DNA of 63,905 nucleotides, filler included, from Lophium mytilinum (lineage: Eukaryota), in the NCBI GenBank assembly GCA_010093605.1. It is 18 parts of 5 records of this genome, joined end to end, with 100 filler letters (N's around TTAATTAATTAA, not from the genome) between each part and the next. Parts side by side here need not be neighbours in the genome. Positions count along the whole stretch, not along the records: positions 33,958 to 47,908 come from MU004182.1; positions 48,009 to 50,778 come from MU004182.1; positions 50,879 to 52,081 come from MU004182.1; positions 52,182 to 53,417 come from MU004182.1; positions 53,518 to 54,685 come from MU004184.1; 13 more parts are not named here. One strand, 5' to 3'. Positions 40,603-53,621 of the stretch are shown here, in pieces. The first letter of the stretch is position 1, and each line of letters begins with the position of its first letter. The notes under the pieces are model-generated. The model did not search any database, was not told the origin of the DNA, and saw only the letters and a list, made by a program, of their open reading frames with translations. The position numbers and the translations under genes are program-made.

Positions 40603-41452
40603 NNNNNNNNNNNNNNNNNNNNNNNNNNNNNNNNNNNNNNNNNNNNNNNNNNNNNNNNNNNNNNNNNNNNNNNNNNNNNNNNNNNNNNNNNNNNNNNNNN
40701 NNNNNNNNNNNNNNNNNNNNNNNNNNNNNNNNNNNNNNNNNNNNNNNNNNNNNNNNNNNNNNNNNNNNNNNNNNNNNNNNNNNNNNNNNNNNNNNNNNNN
40801 NNNNNNNNNNNNNNNNNNNNNNNNNNNNNNNNNNNNNNNNNNNNNNNNNNNNNNNNNNNNNNNNNNNNNNNNNNNNNNNNNNNNNNNNNNNNNNNNNNNN
40901 NNNNNNNNNNNNNNNNNNNNNNNNNNNNNNNNNNNNNNNNNNNNNNNNNNNNNNNNNNNNNNNNNNNNNNNNNNNNNNNNNNNNNNNNNNNNNNNNNNNN
41001 NNNNNNNNNNNNNNNNNNNNNNNNNNNNNNNNNNNNNNNNNNNNNNNNNNNNNNNNNNNNNNNNNNNNNNNNNNNNNNNNNNNNNNNNNNNNNNNNNNNN
41101 NNNNNNNNNNNNNNNNNNNNNNNNNNNNNNNNNNNNNNNNNNNNNNNNNNNNNNNNNNNNNNNNNNNNNNNNNNNNNNNNNNNNNNNNNNNNNNNNNNNN
41201 NNNNNNNNNNNNNNNNNNNNNNNNNNNNNNNNNNNNNNNNNNNNNNNNNNNNNNNNNNNNNNNNNNNNNNNNNNNNNNNNNNNNNNNNNNNNNNNNNNNN
41301 NNNNNNNNNNNNNNNNNNNNNNNNNNNNNNNNNNNNNNNNNNNNNNNNNNNNNNNNNNNNNNNNNNNNNNNNNNNNNNNNNNNNNNNNNNNNNNNNNNNN
41401 NNNNNNNNNNNNNNNNNNNNNNNNNNNNNNNNNNNNNNNNNNNNNNNNNNNN

Positions 41453-43250
41453 TCTATTAAGTCTAGATACTACCGCGCATAAGCTAGACTTACTACTTAG
41501 TCTCTATTTAAAGTATATTAGCCTTTACTATTCTAGACTATATATTACTATTAGGCCTAATATATTTAAATAGTTAGTTAGTATTAGTATAGGTAGATAC
41601 GCTTATATTCTAAATAAAATAGTTAGAGTTAGAGAAGAGGCTATAATTTAATAGCAAGTAGGTTATTAGAAGAGTTTAGGGCTTTAGTCTAATATATGCT
41701 AGTAGTATATTAGCTATTATTATAGAAGGCGTAAGTTACTATAGCAGTAGCTACCTTCTAAAGAGTTAGAGTTAAGGCTAGTATAATATTAGGCTAATAA
41801 TTAGATTAGAACTAAGCACTATTATATCTAGTAAGATATCTATTGCGTTAAAAGGCTTTTATCTAAACACGTATTTAATAGCTAAATTACCTAGTAGAAT
41901 ATAGGTACTATATAGTAGTTAATTAGTCCCCTAAATATCTAAGTATTACCCTATTATCTTTCTTATCTACTTCTAACCTACCTCTACTAATTTTAAGCTA
42001 TACTTAAGGGTTAGCCTTATAGTATACTATAATAGGTAAATCTAAGTATTACTAACCTATATATATTCTAGAGGTATAGCCTATAAGATATAACTGCGCA
42101 ATTCTACTACTTCTAGAAAGGCTAAATCTGCAAAAAGAAGCGCGCTAACCTAGTTATTAGAGCGCGAGCTATAAGAAATAAAGAGAGAGTAGAAACTACT
42201 AAGTAGAGCCTCTAGAAAGCGCTGCCTAGAGTAGTAGAGGGCTATAAGAGAGAGAAATATATAGGCTAGTTAAATATAGACTATAGTTAGCCTAGCGCTG
42301 GCGGGGGTAAGTAAGTAGATAAGAAGTATAATAAATATATAGGTAGGTAATACTAGTCTTTCTAGGTAGGTTAAAGTAGGCGTTCTCTATATAGAGGCGG
42401 TGTGCGCGCTAGTAAAGGGGCTAGAGAGCGAGAGTACTTATTTAGTAAGGGAGGGAGTAGATAAGTAAGCTATTCTATAGTATAAGCTAAATTAGTAATA
42501 CTTATAAGAAGAATAGATAGTAAGAAAATATATAAATTAGTGCTACTACCTACTAGCTTATAGGGCGTAACTTTAGTAGATAATAAGCTACTATTAGAGA
42601 TAGAGAGGCGCGTAGTAGCTTAGGTAATAATAAGTAGTATAGTACCTTTTTAGGTAGCTATAGCTAACTTCTCTTTCTATTCTAAGAACCTTAATCTATT
42701 AGCTGCTAATCTAGTAGAGCTTATAACGCTAACTTAAATAATAGAGGGGGGCACCTATATATAGAAATTAGCCTTCCTCCCTATATTAACTAATCTAGGT
42801 AAGTAGAAGGTAATATTAAATAGAAGTTATTACTAATCTATTAAGTATTACTAAAAGCTAATAGGTATAGATAAATATTAAGGTAGAGGCCAATTATTAC
42901 TAATTATTAGGTAGTAGAGTTTTTTAAGCTATATAACTCTTTACTTCTATTATATTATAATACAGCCTATTTACTAATTATACACTTAATTATATACTAC
43001 TTTAAACTTTACCTTCTATCTAGCCTTTTAATTCTAATTCTTATCTACTATTCTTATCTATCTTCCCTCTCTTATTCTTCTCCTCCTCTATTTCTTTCTT
43101 CTCTCTCTCTCTTCTTCTTCTTCTTTCTCTCTTATACGCTAACTTTCTTCTCTATACCTTAGGCTTACCTATACTTACTATATTTCTAGTACCACTTTAT
43201 AAGTACTTCTTTAATAGATATTATACCTATTTAAAAGTATAACTAAGAGT
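41453..43250 (-). pseudogene. Unidentified low-complexity ORF relic (E/R-rich N-terminus, P/S/Q-rich body), divergent from the SNF2-like gene
   Basis: Purine-rich GAG/AGA/GAA tract on the minus strand at 43050-43150, seen on + at 24715-24800 and 61680-61770. Present in all four copies. Confidence 0.4.
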
Positions 43251-43538
43251 AGCTACTTCTATTACTAGCGCGCGTGGATTTATATATCTTCTACTATAGT
43301 TACCTTATTTTTTAATACGCGTAATTCTAAGGTTAATTATACTATAAGTAGCGTCTACTATTATAACTTTATAGGTAAGTAACTATCTTACTTATTACTT
43401 ACTATTACTATTTATCTAATATTATTAGCCTTCTACCCGCTCTTACCCGCATTACTATATAATGCTATTCTATCTACTAACTCCGCCTTCTTCTATCTAC
43501 CTTTCTTATACCCTAACTTCTTATCTTATTTACCCAAT

Positions 43539-46500
43539 ATAGCTAAAGAATTAGGTTAACGCACTAGTCGCTAATAACGCCTCCCCGATAATTAAAATAA
43601 TAAGGAGTTTAACCTAGATAAATAGTTATTAAGTATAGACTCTAGTTAAGTAGACTATAATAGTAATTTAAAGCTAGATAAGCTAGATAACTACTATAGC
43701 CGCTAGCCTTCCTATAGTAGCTACTAACGCTTTAGACCTACTTAGGGAAAGGCTATAATACTTCTAGTAGACCTACTATATAATATATCTATATAGAGTA
43801 AGGTAGTATCTAATTTTACTAAGAACTTTAAAAGCTACTTAAGTTAAATAAATATTATAGCCGGCTTAGGTCTAGCTTCTAAGGTATAGCGCTAGATAGA
43901 AGCTAACTTATTTATACTAATAGAGAACTCTAAAGCGTATCTATAGGTAAAATATCTCTTATAACTAGGCTAAAATAACTATAGTAAGAATAATACCTAC
44001 TTAAATACTTAGTCTAAAATATATACGCTTTTTATAGATATATAAAGTTATATATTTAAGAAGTCTTCTATATTAGCTAAGTAGAAGTAAGTATATTAAA
44101 TATTAATCTAGTATAAAGTCTATAAGAAATATAAAATATAGGGTAGTATTATTAAAAGTAATAAGAAGTAGAAGTAGTCTAAGTTAGCCTTATCCATAAA
44201 GTTAGTTATATTAGTAGGCCTTAGCTCTCTAATAAAATCTCTAGATGTTACTACCTAAAATGCCCTATTTAAGCCCTAGCTATTACATGCGGTCCTTACT
44301 ATAATATACTAGCTACTGCAGTAGAAAAGTACTAGACGCCTTTTTACTCTTTATTTTATAAGGTCTAGTAGTAAAGGCCTAGAGCTAGAAGACTATAGCT
44401 TTATAAAGTTTCTAGAAGCTATTAATAGAACTTTTATAGACTTTAACCCTCTAGAGCACGTTATTATAGTTAATAGAACCTAGAAGTTAATAGAGAATAA
44501 CTTCTATCTAACTACGCTATTAAAGAAAATAAAGAGTATACCTAAAGAAATAGTACTTAGTTTTATAGTAAAGGGCCTTAATATTAGAAAGGTAATATCT
44601 AAACTTAAGACTAGATATATATTAATTATTATTAATTATTAAATATTACTACTAACTAATATATAGCTAGGTCTGCACTTTCTTAAGTCCCTAGCCCCTA
44701 GTATCCGCCCGGCTAAGAAACGCCCCCGCTATAGTAAGCCTAAGGCTACCGCGGCTAAGGGTCTATCTAAACCTACCGCCGCTAATACTCTAGATAAAAT
44801 AATTATTAACTTAACTATAAGTCTAGATATATATATAGCTAATATAGATAGAGTTAATTCTACCGCAAAGTAAGATAAAGAGGAGAAGCGGAAATAGCTA
44901 GTAGATATAGCGAAAGAAGAGAAAGAAAAAAAGAAGAAAGAGCTAGTAGAAATAGCGAAAGTAGAGAGAGAAAAGAAAGAGAAAGAGAAGAAGAAGAAAG
45001 AGTTAGTGGAGAAAGAGCTGGCGGAGAAAGCGCTAGTAGAGAAAGCGCTAGTAGAAATAGTNNNNNNNNNNNNNNNNNNNNNNNNNNNNNNNNNNNNNNN
45101 NNNNNNNGGAGAAGGCTAAAAAGTAGATAGAATAGAAGGAGAGAGAGCTAGCTAAGACTATAACTAAAGAGAAAGTAAAGAGGTAGAAATAGCTAGAAGA
45201 GATAGTAGAGTAAGAGGAATAAAGAAAGTAGAAACTACTAGTAGAGAAAAAGATATAAAAGCTATAAATAGAGAAGAAAGTATAACTAGTTTAATAGATA
45301 CTTAATATTATCTAGCTATATACTAAGTTAATATATAATTCTATTTAGTTTAGTATTATCTATAATAAGGTTATATAGCAGCTTAGGGCGCTTAGGCCTA
45401 GAACTACTTAGTATTTAACTACCTAAAAATAACTTTATGCGCTTATAGTTACTATAGAGAGTAGCTAGACTATCCCTAGTAATACCTAAGTTGCGGGGGA
45501 TATAGTAATTAGTAGTATTAATATTACAGCTATGCTTAAATTTAATATATATAGTCTTAGTAAAACTAGACCCTTTATAGATATAAATAAGATAATTATA
45601 GCTAATATAGAGAAGGTAGATACTATTAATATTACTACTATAATAGCCCTAATATTAAGCTCTATAAAAAATATCTTAGTAGTAGCGTTTAAGAAGATGC
45701 TATAGTTTTTTAGTTTACCTCTAATATATAGAAATTTTTCTAGTAATATAATCTTTAAGCTACTAGAAATAACTACTAATCTAAAAATGCGTGTAGCTTT
45801 ATACTAGGTAGCCGGGATATATAGTATTATCTAAGGTCTTACTAGTAGGGCGCGTAGGCTAATTCTTATAGACCCCCCTAGAATAGAAAAAACTCTATAA
45901 ATATTAATAGCATTTACTACTTATACTAGAGAGGCTAGTACTAATACTCCGCGTTCTAGTAGTATTAAAGGCTACGTTATTTAGCTTACTAAGAAGAGTC
46001 TACTAAATTAGACCTATAAGGAGGTAAAATACTAGCTAGATATTAAATATAAGAATAAGAATTTTAAGGTCCCCGGTAGAAGACTTTATATCTAGTATAT
46101 ATATAAAAGTATTATAGAGGGTAACCTTACTTCTAAAGACTAGAAGAACCTTAAGCCTATCTACTAAGAAATAAATAGTTAGGTGTAGTATAAGCTAAAT
46201 CTAAGAGTAAAAACCTATCTTATTATTATAAGCGCGGAGACCTTTAATAAAAAATATAATAAGAATTTAAACTTGCTAGAGACCTTTATAATATTCTATA
46301 ACCTATTATATAGTAATAAAGTAACCCCTATATATATATATAGGGCTATTTTTTTTAATAAGTTCTACCTAGAATTTAATAATATATCTCTATATATTAT
46401 AGCTTTTAGCTATATTAAGTCTATATAGTGTTAGTATATATTCCGCCTAACTACGCGTAAATAGGTAAATATTAACTATGCGCTTAATTAGGTTTATTAG

Positions 46501-47908
46501 GGCTAGAACTTAAAAGGGTTTAATAAGGCTGCTAATTTATATAGCTACCCCGGAGGCTTATTCTATAGCAGGACTCCTTTTCTCCGCGGCCCTAAAACTC
46601 TATTATATCTAATAGTTATACTATATAGAGGTTTATAGACGCTAACTTAAATAGTAGACCTAACTAACTTAAATACTAATATTAAAGATAACCTAGATAA
46701 TACTCTTCTAGATAAAAAGTTAGAGGAAGAGGATATAGATAAAGGAAATAAGTTTAATATTCTTTATTAAGGCTCTACCCTCTAGCGTATTAATTAAGGA
46801 GACCTTATAGGGGCTAGAGGTTACTACCTTACTTTAAAAATAGAGAAAGAGCAGCAACTATAGAATAATTCTAAATTATCTAGGCGTCTCTAGAGAGTAT
46901 TAGATATAATTATAGCTATAAGTATCTATAAAATACTAATAAGCCTTAGCCTAGATAGCCTTTTCTTAGGGGATATACCGCTCTATATTATATAGCAGGT
47001 AATAGTTAGTATACCTAACTACTTTAAACTTTTTATTAAGAAGTACTATATAGTTATTAGAGAGAGATATATAGACCTTAAAGAAGAGTATAAAGAATAG
47101 CTAAGGTATAGAGCAGTAATTAATAAGCCGCCGCCTTTCTTTAGCCTAGGCGCCTTTCTAATAGACTTAGGTAAGAAGAGGCTGCCCCGGATTTTTATAT
47201 TAATTTCTAGGCTAGCTAAGTTAAAGATGTAATAGGAAGAGCTTAGCTTAATAAGTAATCTAATCTTTACTCTAGAAGATATTAAAAATGCGGGCTAGAT
47301 AGATTACATAGACTTAGAGAGTACCCTTACTAAATAGTATACTAACCTACTAGCTAATTTAGAAAAGCTAAAAAAGATTAGGAGTATAGTTTAATATATT
47401 TAAGCTAAGAAGAAGAAGATACTAATTATTAGCAAGGAGCCTATAGTTAATTTAGTTATCTATATTATAAGTTACTACCTATCTCTATCTATAATTAGCG
47501 ATTATTATCTAATAAACTAATATAATTAATACTAGATAATTATAAAGACTATACTAACTAAAAAGCTTGCATAGTTATATTTATTACTAATAGTTAAGTA
47601 ATAGAAGTAATTTAATACTAGCTTTAAGCGTAATTAAGATAATCTAGCGGCCGTTAATATTCTAGTTATAAACCGGAAGATTAGAGAAGTAGAAGGCTCT
47701 AACTTTACTTTTTAATGCACGTGCGTAATAGTTATAGAGCTATAGACTATATCTAGCCTTAAGGTATAGATTATATCTAGAGTATAGTAGAAGAACTAGA
47801 GGTCTAATAGAATATATAGCATTATTCTCGCCTATATAGGGGGTAATAACCTAGCGGATGCACTAGCTTAGTCTTATATAGTTAATAATAATAAGTTTAT
47901 ATATAAGG
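43539..47908 (+). pseudogene. SNF2-like DExH helicase gene relic with K/E-rich coiled-coil
   Basis: De-RIPed motif I FDxxGLGKT at 45541-45567 and motif II IFFDEFH at 46348-46368 lie in the same frame. HelicC region KMLI..E P, LH....R..F, ILV....G.EG.NF...CV.VMEP......E.Q...RV.R..Q at 47415-47800. K/E tract at 44870-45260. Probable 69-nt intron at 47467-47535. Confidence 0.8.
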
Positions 47909-48008
47909 NNNNNNNNNNNNNNNNNNNNNNNNNNNNNNNNNNNNNNNNNNNNTTAATTAATTAANNNNNNNNNNNNNNNNNNNNNNNNNNNNNNNNNNNN
48001 NNNNNNNN

Positions 48009-51000
48009 CTTAAAGTAGGTATAGAGAGGCCGCAGGGTGCGCAGGTATAGAATAGAAATTACTTAAAGGGTTTAGTATAAGAACAGCCTTACGCTTAAGA
48101 ATTAGTATAACTACTACTGCATGCAACTACTATAATGTAGCATAGAAGAAATATATAAAGAATTATATATAATACGTAATATAATAGCAATCTATTAACT
48201 TAGAATTAATATATAGGCTATAGTAGTAGTAGCAGTTATATATAGAGGTAAGATTCTAAATAATAGAAGTTACTTAAAGAGTTTAGTATAATACTAGCCT
48301 TATACTTAATAAAGACCTTAACTAGCGCTGTATAGAACTACTATAATATAAGGTTAAAGATATTTATAAGGAAAATTACTTATTATATAATGTAATAGTA
48401 TTCTAGCAATTTAGAAATATTTTACAGGCTATAGTTATAGCTCTAGGTAGGTGCAGAGGGTAAGAAAAGAGGGCGGCTAGCAGCGCAGAGTATAGCTCTA
48501 TAATTAAGCAGCCTTCTACTACTGCATATAATAACTCCTAGATATTAAGATACTATAATAGAGCTATAATACTATATATAGTATACGCAATTAAATTTAA
48601 AGTATTATAGAAAAGGCGAAGTTCTAGTAGTAGGTACCTATAGAGGGTAATAGATATAATAGAAAGGGTTTTATATTATAATAGCCTCGCCTTAGTATAA
48701 ATTACTGCTAGATAGTATTCTTATATAATAGAAATTTTAGCCGCATTAAATAAAATATATAAAGTAAAGGGCAGGATATAGTTTATATAATATTTATAGA
48801 TAAAGCAATTAATAGGGCTACCGCAGGAAGCCTTCCTACTAGGGCCCTTCCCTAGCAACCTTAACCGAGTAGCAGTATCCGTAAGGGGTGTTAAAATAGG
48901 TTAGGCGGGGTAAGCCCTATAATAAAAATATTAATAAATCCTTATTTTTAACTAATTACACTCCCTAACTGCTTTCCGCTTCTTAGCTCTATATTTTAAA
49001 CTATTATCCCCCTTACTACTATACCTAGTAGTTAGTATAGAACGCCCCCGAAAGTACTAGAATAAAGAAGAGTAAAAAGTAGCTAAATTATATTTAATAG
49101 TAGATTTAAACCAACGCAAGAGAGATAAAAAAAAGAGGGCTGTAGACTAAATAGCTGCAGCAGGAGAGGCTAGTAAGCCTACTTCTACTTCTATTCTAGA
49201 TCTATTTCTAATTATCTTTAAAAACCCTAGAGGTCTTTCTAGTATAAATATTAGGGCCTCTTATCCCACCCGCTCTGCGCCTACACTCTTTTAATAACTA
49301 ATTGCACTTTAGAAGCCTTTAGAGGAAACTATTATATAACTTATAATTAGTATATCTTTTGCAATCTTCTAGTATTTATAGTTAGGTTCTAATAAACTTA
49401 AGTAGAACCCGTCTTAATAGAAGAATTATTACCTTCTACCTCTACTTAATCTATGTAATATACTTCTCCGCAGCAGTCTACTTATAGTAGTACCTATTCT
49501 ACTATTTCTTCTCTATCTATCTAACCTATGTAACCTATGTAATATACTCCTCTATAGTAGTCTACCTATAGTAGTATCTATTCTACTACTTCTCCTCTAT
49601 CTACTAAACCCACCTAATATTCTACTCTAGGGCGGGCTACTTATAGTAGTACTTATTCTCTTGCTCCTCTAACCTCTTAACCTACTTAACTAATATAACT
49701 TTCTTATACCTAGCAGTCTACTAGTAGTAGTATACGCTTTAGTAAGTTAAGAGCAGCCTAATATATACCTAAAATTTAAAGTAATATAGAATTAATAGAA
49801 GCTATAGAGTAAAATTAAAGTAATAGTAGTAAGCATGCTATTATATAGACTATTAAGAAAGTAGCAGTTAAAGGAGAAAAAGAAGCAGCTAAAGAAAGTA
49901 AAGTAAATAAAGAAGTAGCCTAAGTAGATAAAGAAGTAGAAGAGGCAGTATTAGAGTTACTATTACCTATATCTTCTACATTATCTCCTTATACACCTGC
50001 GTTACTACCGCCTCTAGATACTAGAGAGGTATTGCCCTCTCCGTTACTACCTTATAGCGTAGGGATACCTTAGTAAGCCGCAAATAATAATAATAGAGCT
50101 CTAGGCTAGGTTCTACCTGCTATACGCTATCTCTATAAAGTGTTTCTTAAACCTGTAGCTATACTATATATATATACAGGCGTATATACTATTCTTACCC
50201 TCTAGAATACTCTATAGATAGCTATAATACTATATATAAGTTTACGCGCTTAATAAACTATAGCGGCTTCTACTCCTATATAACTAGAACTAATAATATA
50301 ACGCTAAATACTAGCCCTTATTACTATATTACTACTCTATATACTTACATAAATAACTAATAAAGAGATTATAGTAGAATTATTCTTAGCGCAATAAAAT
50401 AAGGCCGTAGAAGTGCTCTCTAGAATAGATACTGCAGAATAAATAGATAAGGAGGAAATGCTAGCTAATATAAGTTAGTTTATGCAACTAGCGTATAATA
50501 ATAGTTAGGTTTAGATAGAGTAGTACGCTGCCTTATTATCTCTCCGCCTAACGCCAGTAACTAAGGTTGTAGAAGAGGAATTTACCTAATTTAAGAATAA
50601 GGTAGAAGTAGGTGTAGATATAGATAAGGTATTAGATAATAGAGTTAAAAAGGGTAGAGAAGGTATATATACGTAAGGATAGCAAGATACTATAGATAAA
50701 TTACCGGGTTTACTTAATAAAGTTACGCTAGAGAATTAAGGTAGTAGGGTAGATAATACAGCCTTAAATAGTAAAGGCNNNNNNNNNNNNNNNNNNNNNN
50801 NNNNNNNNNNNNNNNNNNNNNNTTAATTAATTAANNNNNNNNNNNNNNNNNNNNNNNNNNNNNNNNNNNNNNNNNNNNATTTAGCATCTCTTTATATCCG
50901 CCTTGCATAAATTACTGCTAGATATAGTAATCCTACTTAATTATCTATACTATAGAAAAAAGAGTAGATAAATTAAAAAGACCCCTAGAATTCTATAACC

Positions 51001-53417
51001 TTATATAGCCTTAGGTTATTAGACTCCCTTAAGAAGTATAGTATAGCTTAGCTAAAGTTAGAGTACTTAGATTAGATAATAACGCCCCTATAACTTAGCC
51101 CTTAAGGCGTTAATTAACTGCAAGCCAGCCTTAGGAATTAATTCTAAGCTATATTTACTAAAGCTTAGATCTAGGTATCTCTTACTAGAGAGGATATAGA
51201 GATGCGGTATCTATAGTATAGTATTATAGCATAGTATATGCTAGCTATTTAACGCAAAAATAGGACTAAAGTGTAAAAAGATTAGTAATTAGCACCGCTA
51301 TAGATAGGTAAGGCAGCTGCGCTTATTATTAAGGTATACTATACTAATATATATAAGCTTCTAAGTAGACGGTATATAGAAGAAGATAGAAATACTAAGA
51401 TATAATAGGAGAGTAAAGAACTACGCAACTAATTTCTTAAGAGTATTCTAAATAGATCTATAGTTGCGCTTTATCCTAATATACTTATAAAGCTATATAG
51501 AAAGTTAGAACTTATAGTAAGCTACGCCTATATATAGAATATAGCTAGAAATAGTAATATAAATTATCTAAGGCACTTAACTAGACGCTAGATTAATTAA
51601 GTCTAGCCGCTATTTAATATTATAGATTTAGCTACAGAAACTTAAAAATAGAATAACAGTCTCTTCCATATAAAATTATAAAGATTAAATGCAATAATTA
51701 GAAATAAAGCGTTACTAAAAACAGTAGAATAATTTCTTAATAATCTATAAGCAAGAGCCGCCTTATTACTCTAGGTTCTTTTAAGATATAATAATAATAA
51801 AATTTTAACCACGCGTTAAGCTAAATAAAATAACTCTAAAGATATATAAGATAATATTAGGAGAAGAGATGCAATTATAAATATATAGTAGATTTATATG
51901 TAACTACTAAATAGCCACTACTATAAGGTAGCCTAACTAAGCTAATATATTAAAGAACGGGCTTAAGGGGGGGCAGTTAACCTTAGCATAGATGTAGTTG
52001 CAAAGGAAGTATAGAATATAACCTAGGGAAGCCTAGGAAAGTTAAAGATAATAATAATAGAGGATAATATTATAGGCCCTANNNNNNNNNNNNNNNNNNN
52101 NNNNNNNNNNNNNNNNNNNNNNNNNTTAATTAATTAANNNNNNNNNNNNNNNNNNNNNNNNNNNNNNNNNNNNNNNNNNNNTCTTTACTTCTATACTAAC
52201 CTCTCCTTTTATACTACTGCACCCCTATTACTTCTACTTATCTAGCTACCTGCGGAACAGTTGCGCACTAGTTTCTTACTTGCTAGATAATAGTTAGCAG
52301 CTTTCTAGCTATATTAGAGCCGCAATTAGCTTATTTTAGGCGTCTTTTTAGCTAGCAGTTAAGCCTTTTAGTAAGTTTACTATCTAGCAGATAAAATTAA
52401 GTTACGTTATAGCTAATTCTGCTAATAGGTTTATTCCATCGCAATTTCTCTAAGAGTAGAGTAAGGTAAGCATATTATAAGAATTATTATAGAAAGGCTT
52501 TCTGCTAGGGCCCTTTACTAGTCTTAGTAGATTAGTCTACCTTAATTTTAAAGATGCAGCGGTAGAAAATATTAAGAAAATAATAATACTAAAAATACCC
52601 GGCATAGTATAAAGGGTCTTAGTAGAAAGCCTTTCTACTAGGGCCCTTTATCTACCTTCTTTCTTCTATTATTTAAGATAAGCTAATATATTAATAGGCT
52701 GGCTATAAATACCTTAAGTAATAGGGACCCTAGTAAAGTAGTAGTAAAGGTTGCATCCCTGCGCATATTACCTGCAACTAACCTAGTAGATAGCTATAAG
52801 AAACTATCTACTTCTTCTAAAGTACTAGAAGATCTAAATTCTACCTCCCTACTAGTTACTAAATTAGGGGTTAAGGCCTATATTAATTTAAAGCGTAATT
52901 AGCCGGCTACTATAATAGATCTAGAGACGCTTATATTAGTAAATAGTAAAGTAGTTTATCTAGATAGCGATAACTATAGTAATAACTCTAATATCCCTAA
53001 GAACTTTAATAAAGAGCAAGAAAAGCTTTAAGCGCTAGTTACTAGTAGTAGAAAAGATAAAGAGTTAGAGAAGTTATAGGCCTTAGTAAATACGCTATAT
53101 GCTAGTAGAATAAAGTTAGCTAAGCTTTATAGTTAAATAAAAGCAGAACTTAAAGTAATTCTAGCTAAGCCTAATTTCTAAGCGATTTAGAATAAGTATA
53201 AGAATAGGTATTTAGACCTAAAGCGCGCCGTATATAGTTAGAATTAAGGGGCTAGTTTTACTACTATTTTAAATGCTTTTAAGACTAGCAAGTTATATAA
53301 TCTATAGTAATATACTACTTCTTAGCCTAAGATAGATAACTATAAACCTGTAGATTAGGCAGCTTAATTTATTAGTTAATACTTTAATTACTACCGGAAG
53401 CGGTTTAGTAGGTTTTT
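48009..53417. other. Unidentified RIPed multi-ORF block (probable different repeat family)
   Basis: No match seen to the large element. More surviving GCA/TGC. An 84-bp repeat at 49451/49535, a ~213-bp-spaced repeat near 48050/48262, and a recurring motif at 48825, 52491 and 52624. Confidence 0.4.
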
Positions 53418-53517
53418 NNNNNNNNNNNNNNNNNNNNNNNNNNNNNNNNNNNNNNNNNNNNTTAATTAATTAANNNNNNNNNNNNNNNNNNNNNNNNNNN
53501 NNNNNNNNNNNNNNNNN

Positions 53518-53621
53518 TAGGCTAATTTATAAGGGGAAACTATTTACTACTAGATAGAATAGCTATATAAACTCTAATAGAAGCTATACTAGTATAATAG
53601 AGTTTAATAATAATAATAATA
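53518..53621 (+). mobile_element. Terminus of a (TAA)n-tailed element
   Basis: 53550-53620 is the reverse complement of 61893-61963 and ends in (TAA)5. Confidence 0.6.

Larger units (their letters stand above)
30474..47908 (+). mobile_element. Large Plavaka/SNF2 element, copy 3 (most complete)
   Basis: Contains the full Plavaka relic and nearly all of the SNF2-like gene. Most segments have homologs in copies 1, 2 or 4. Membership of 30474-31449 is assumed from contiguity only. Confidence 0.85.
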
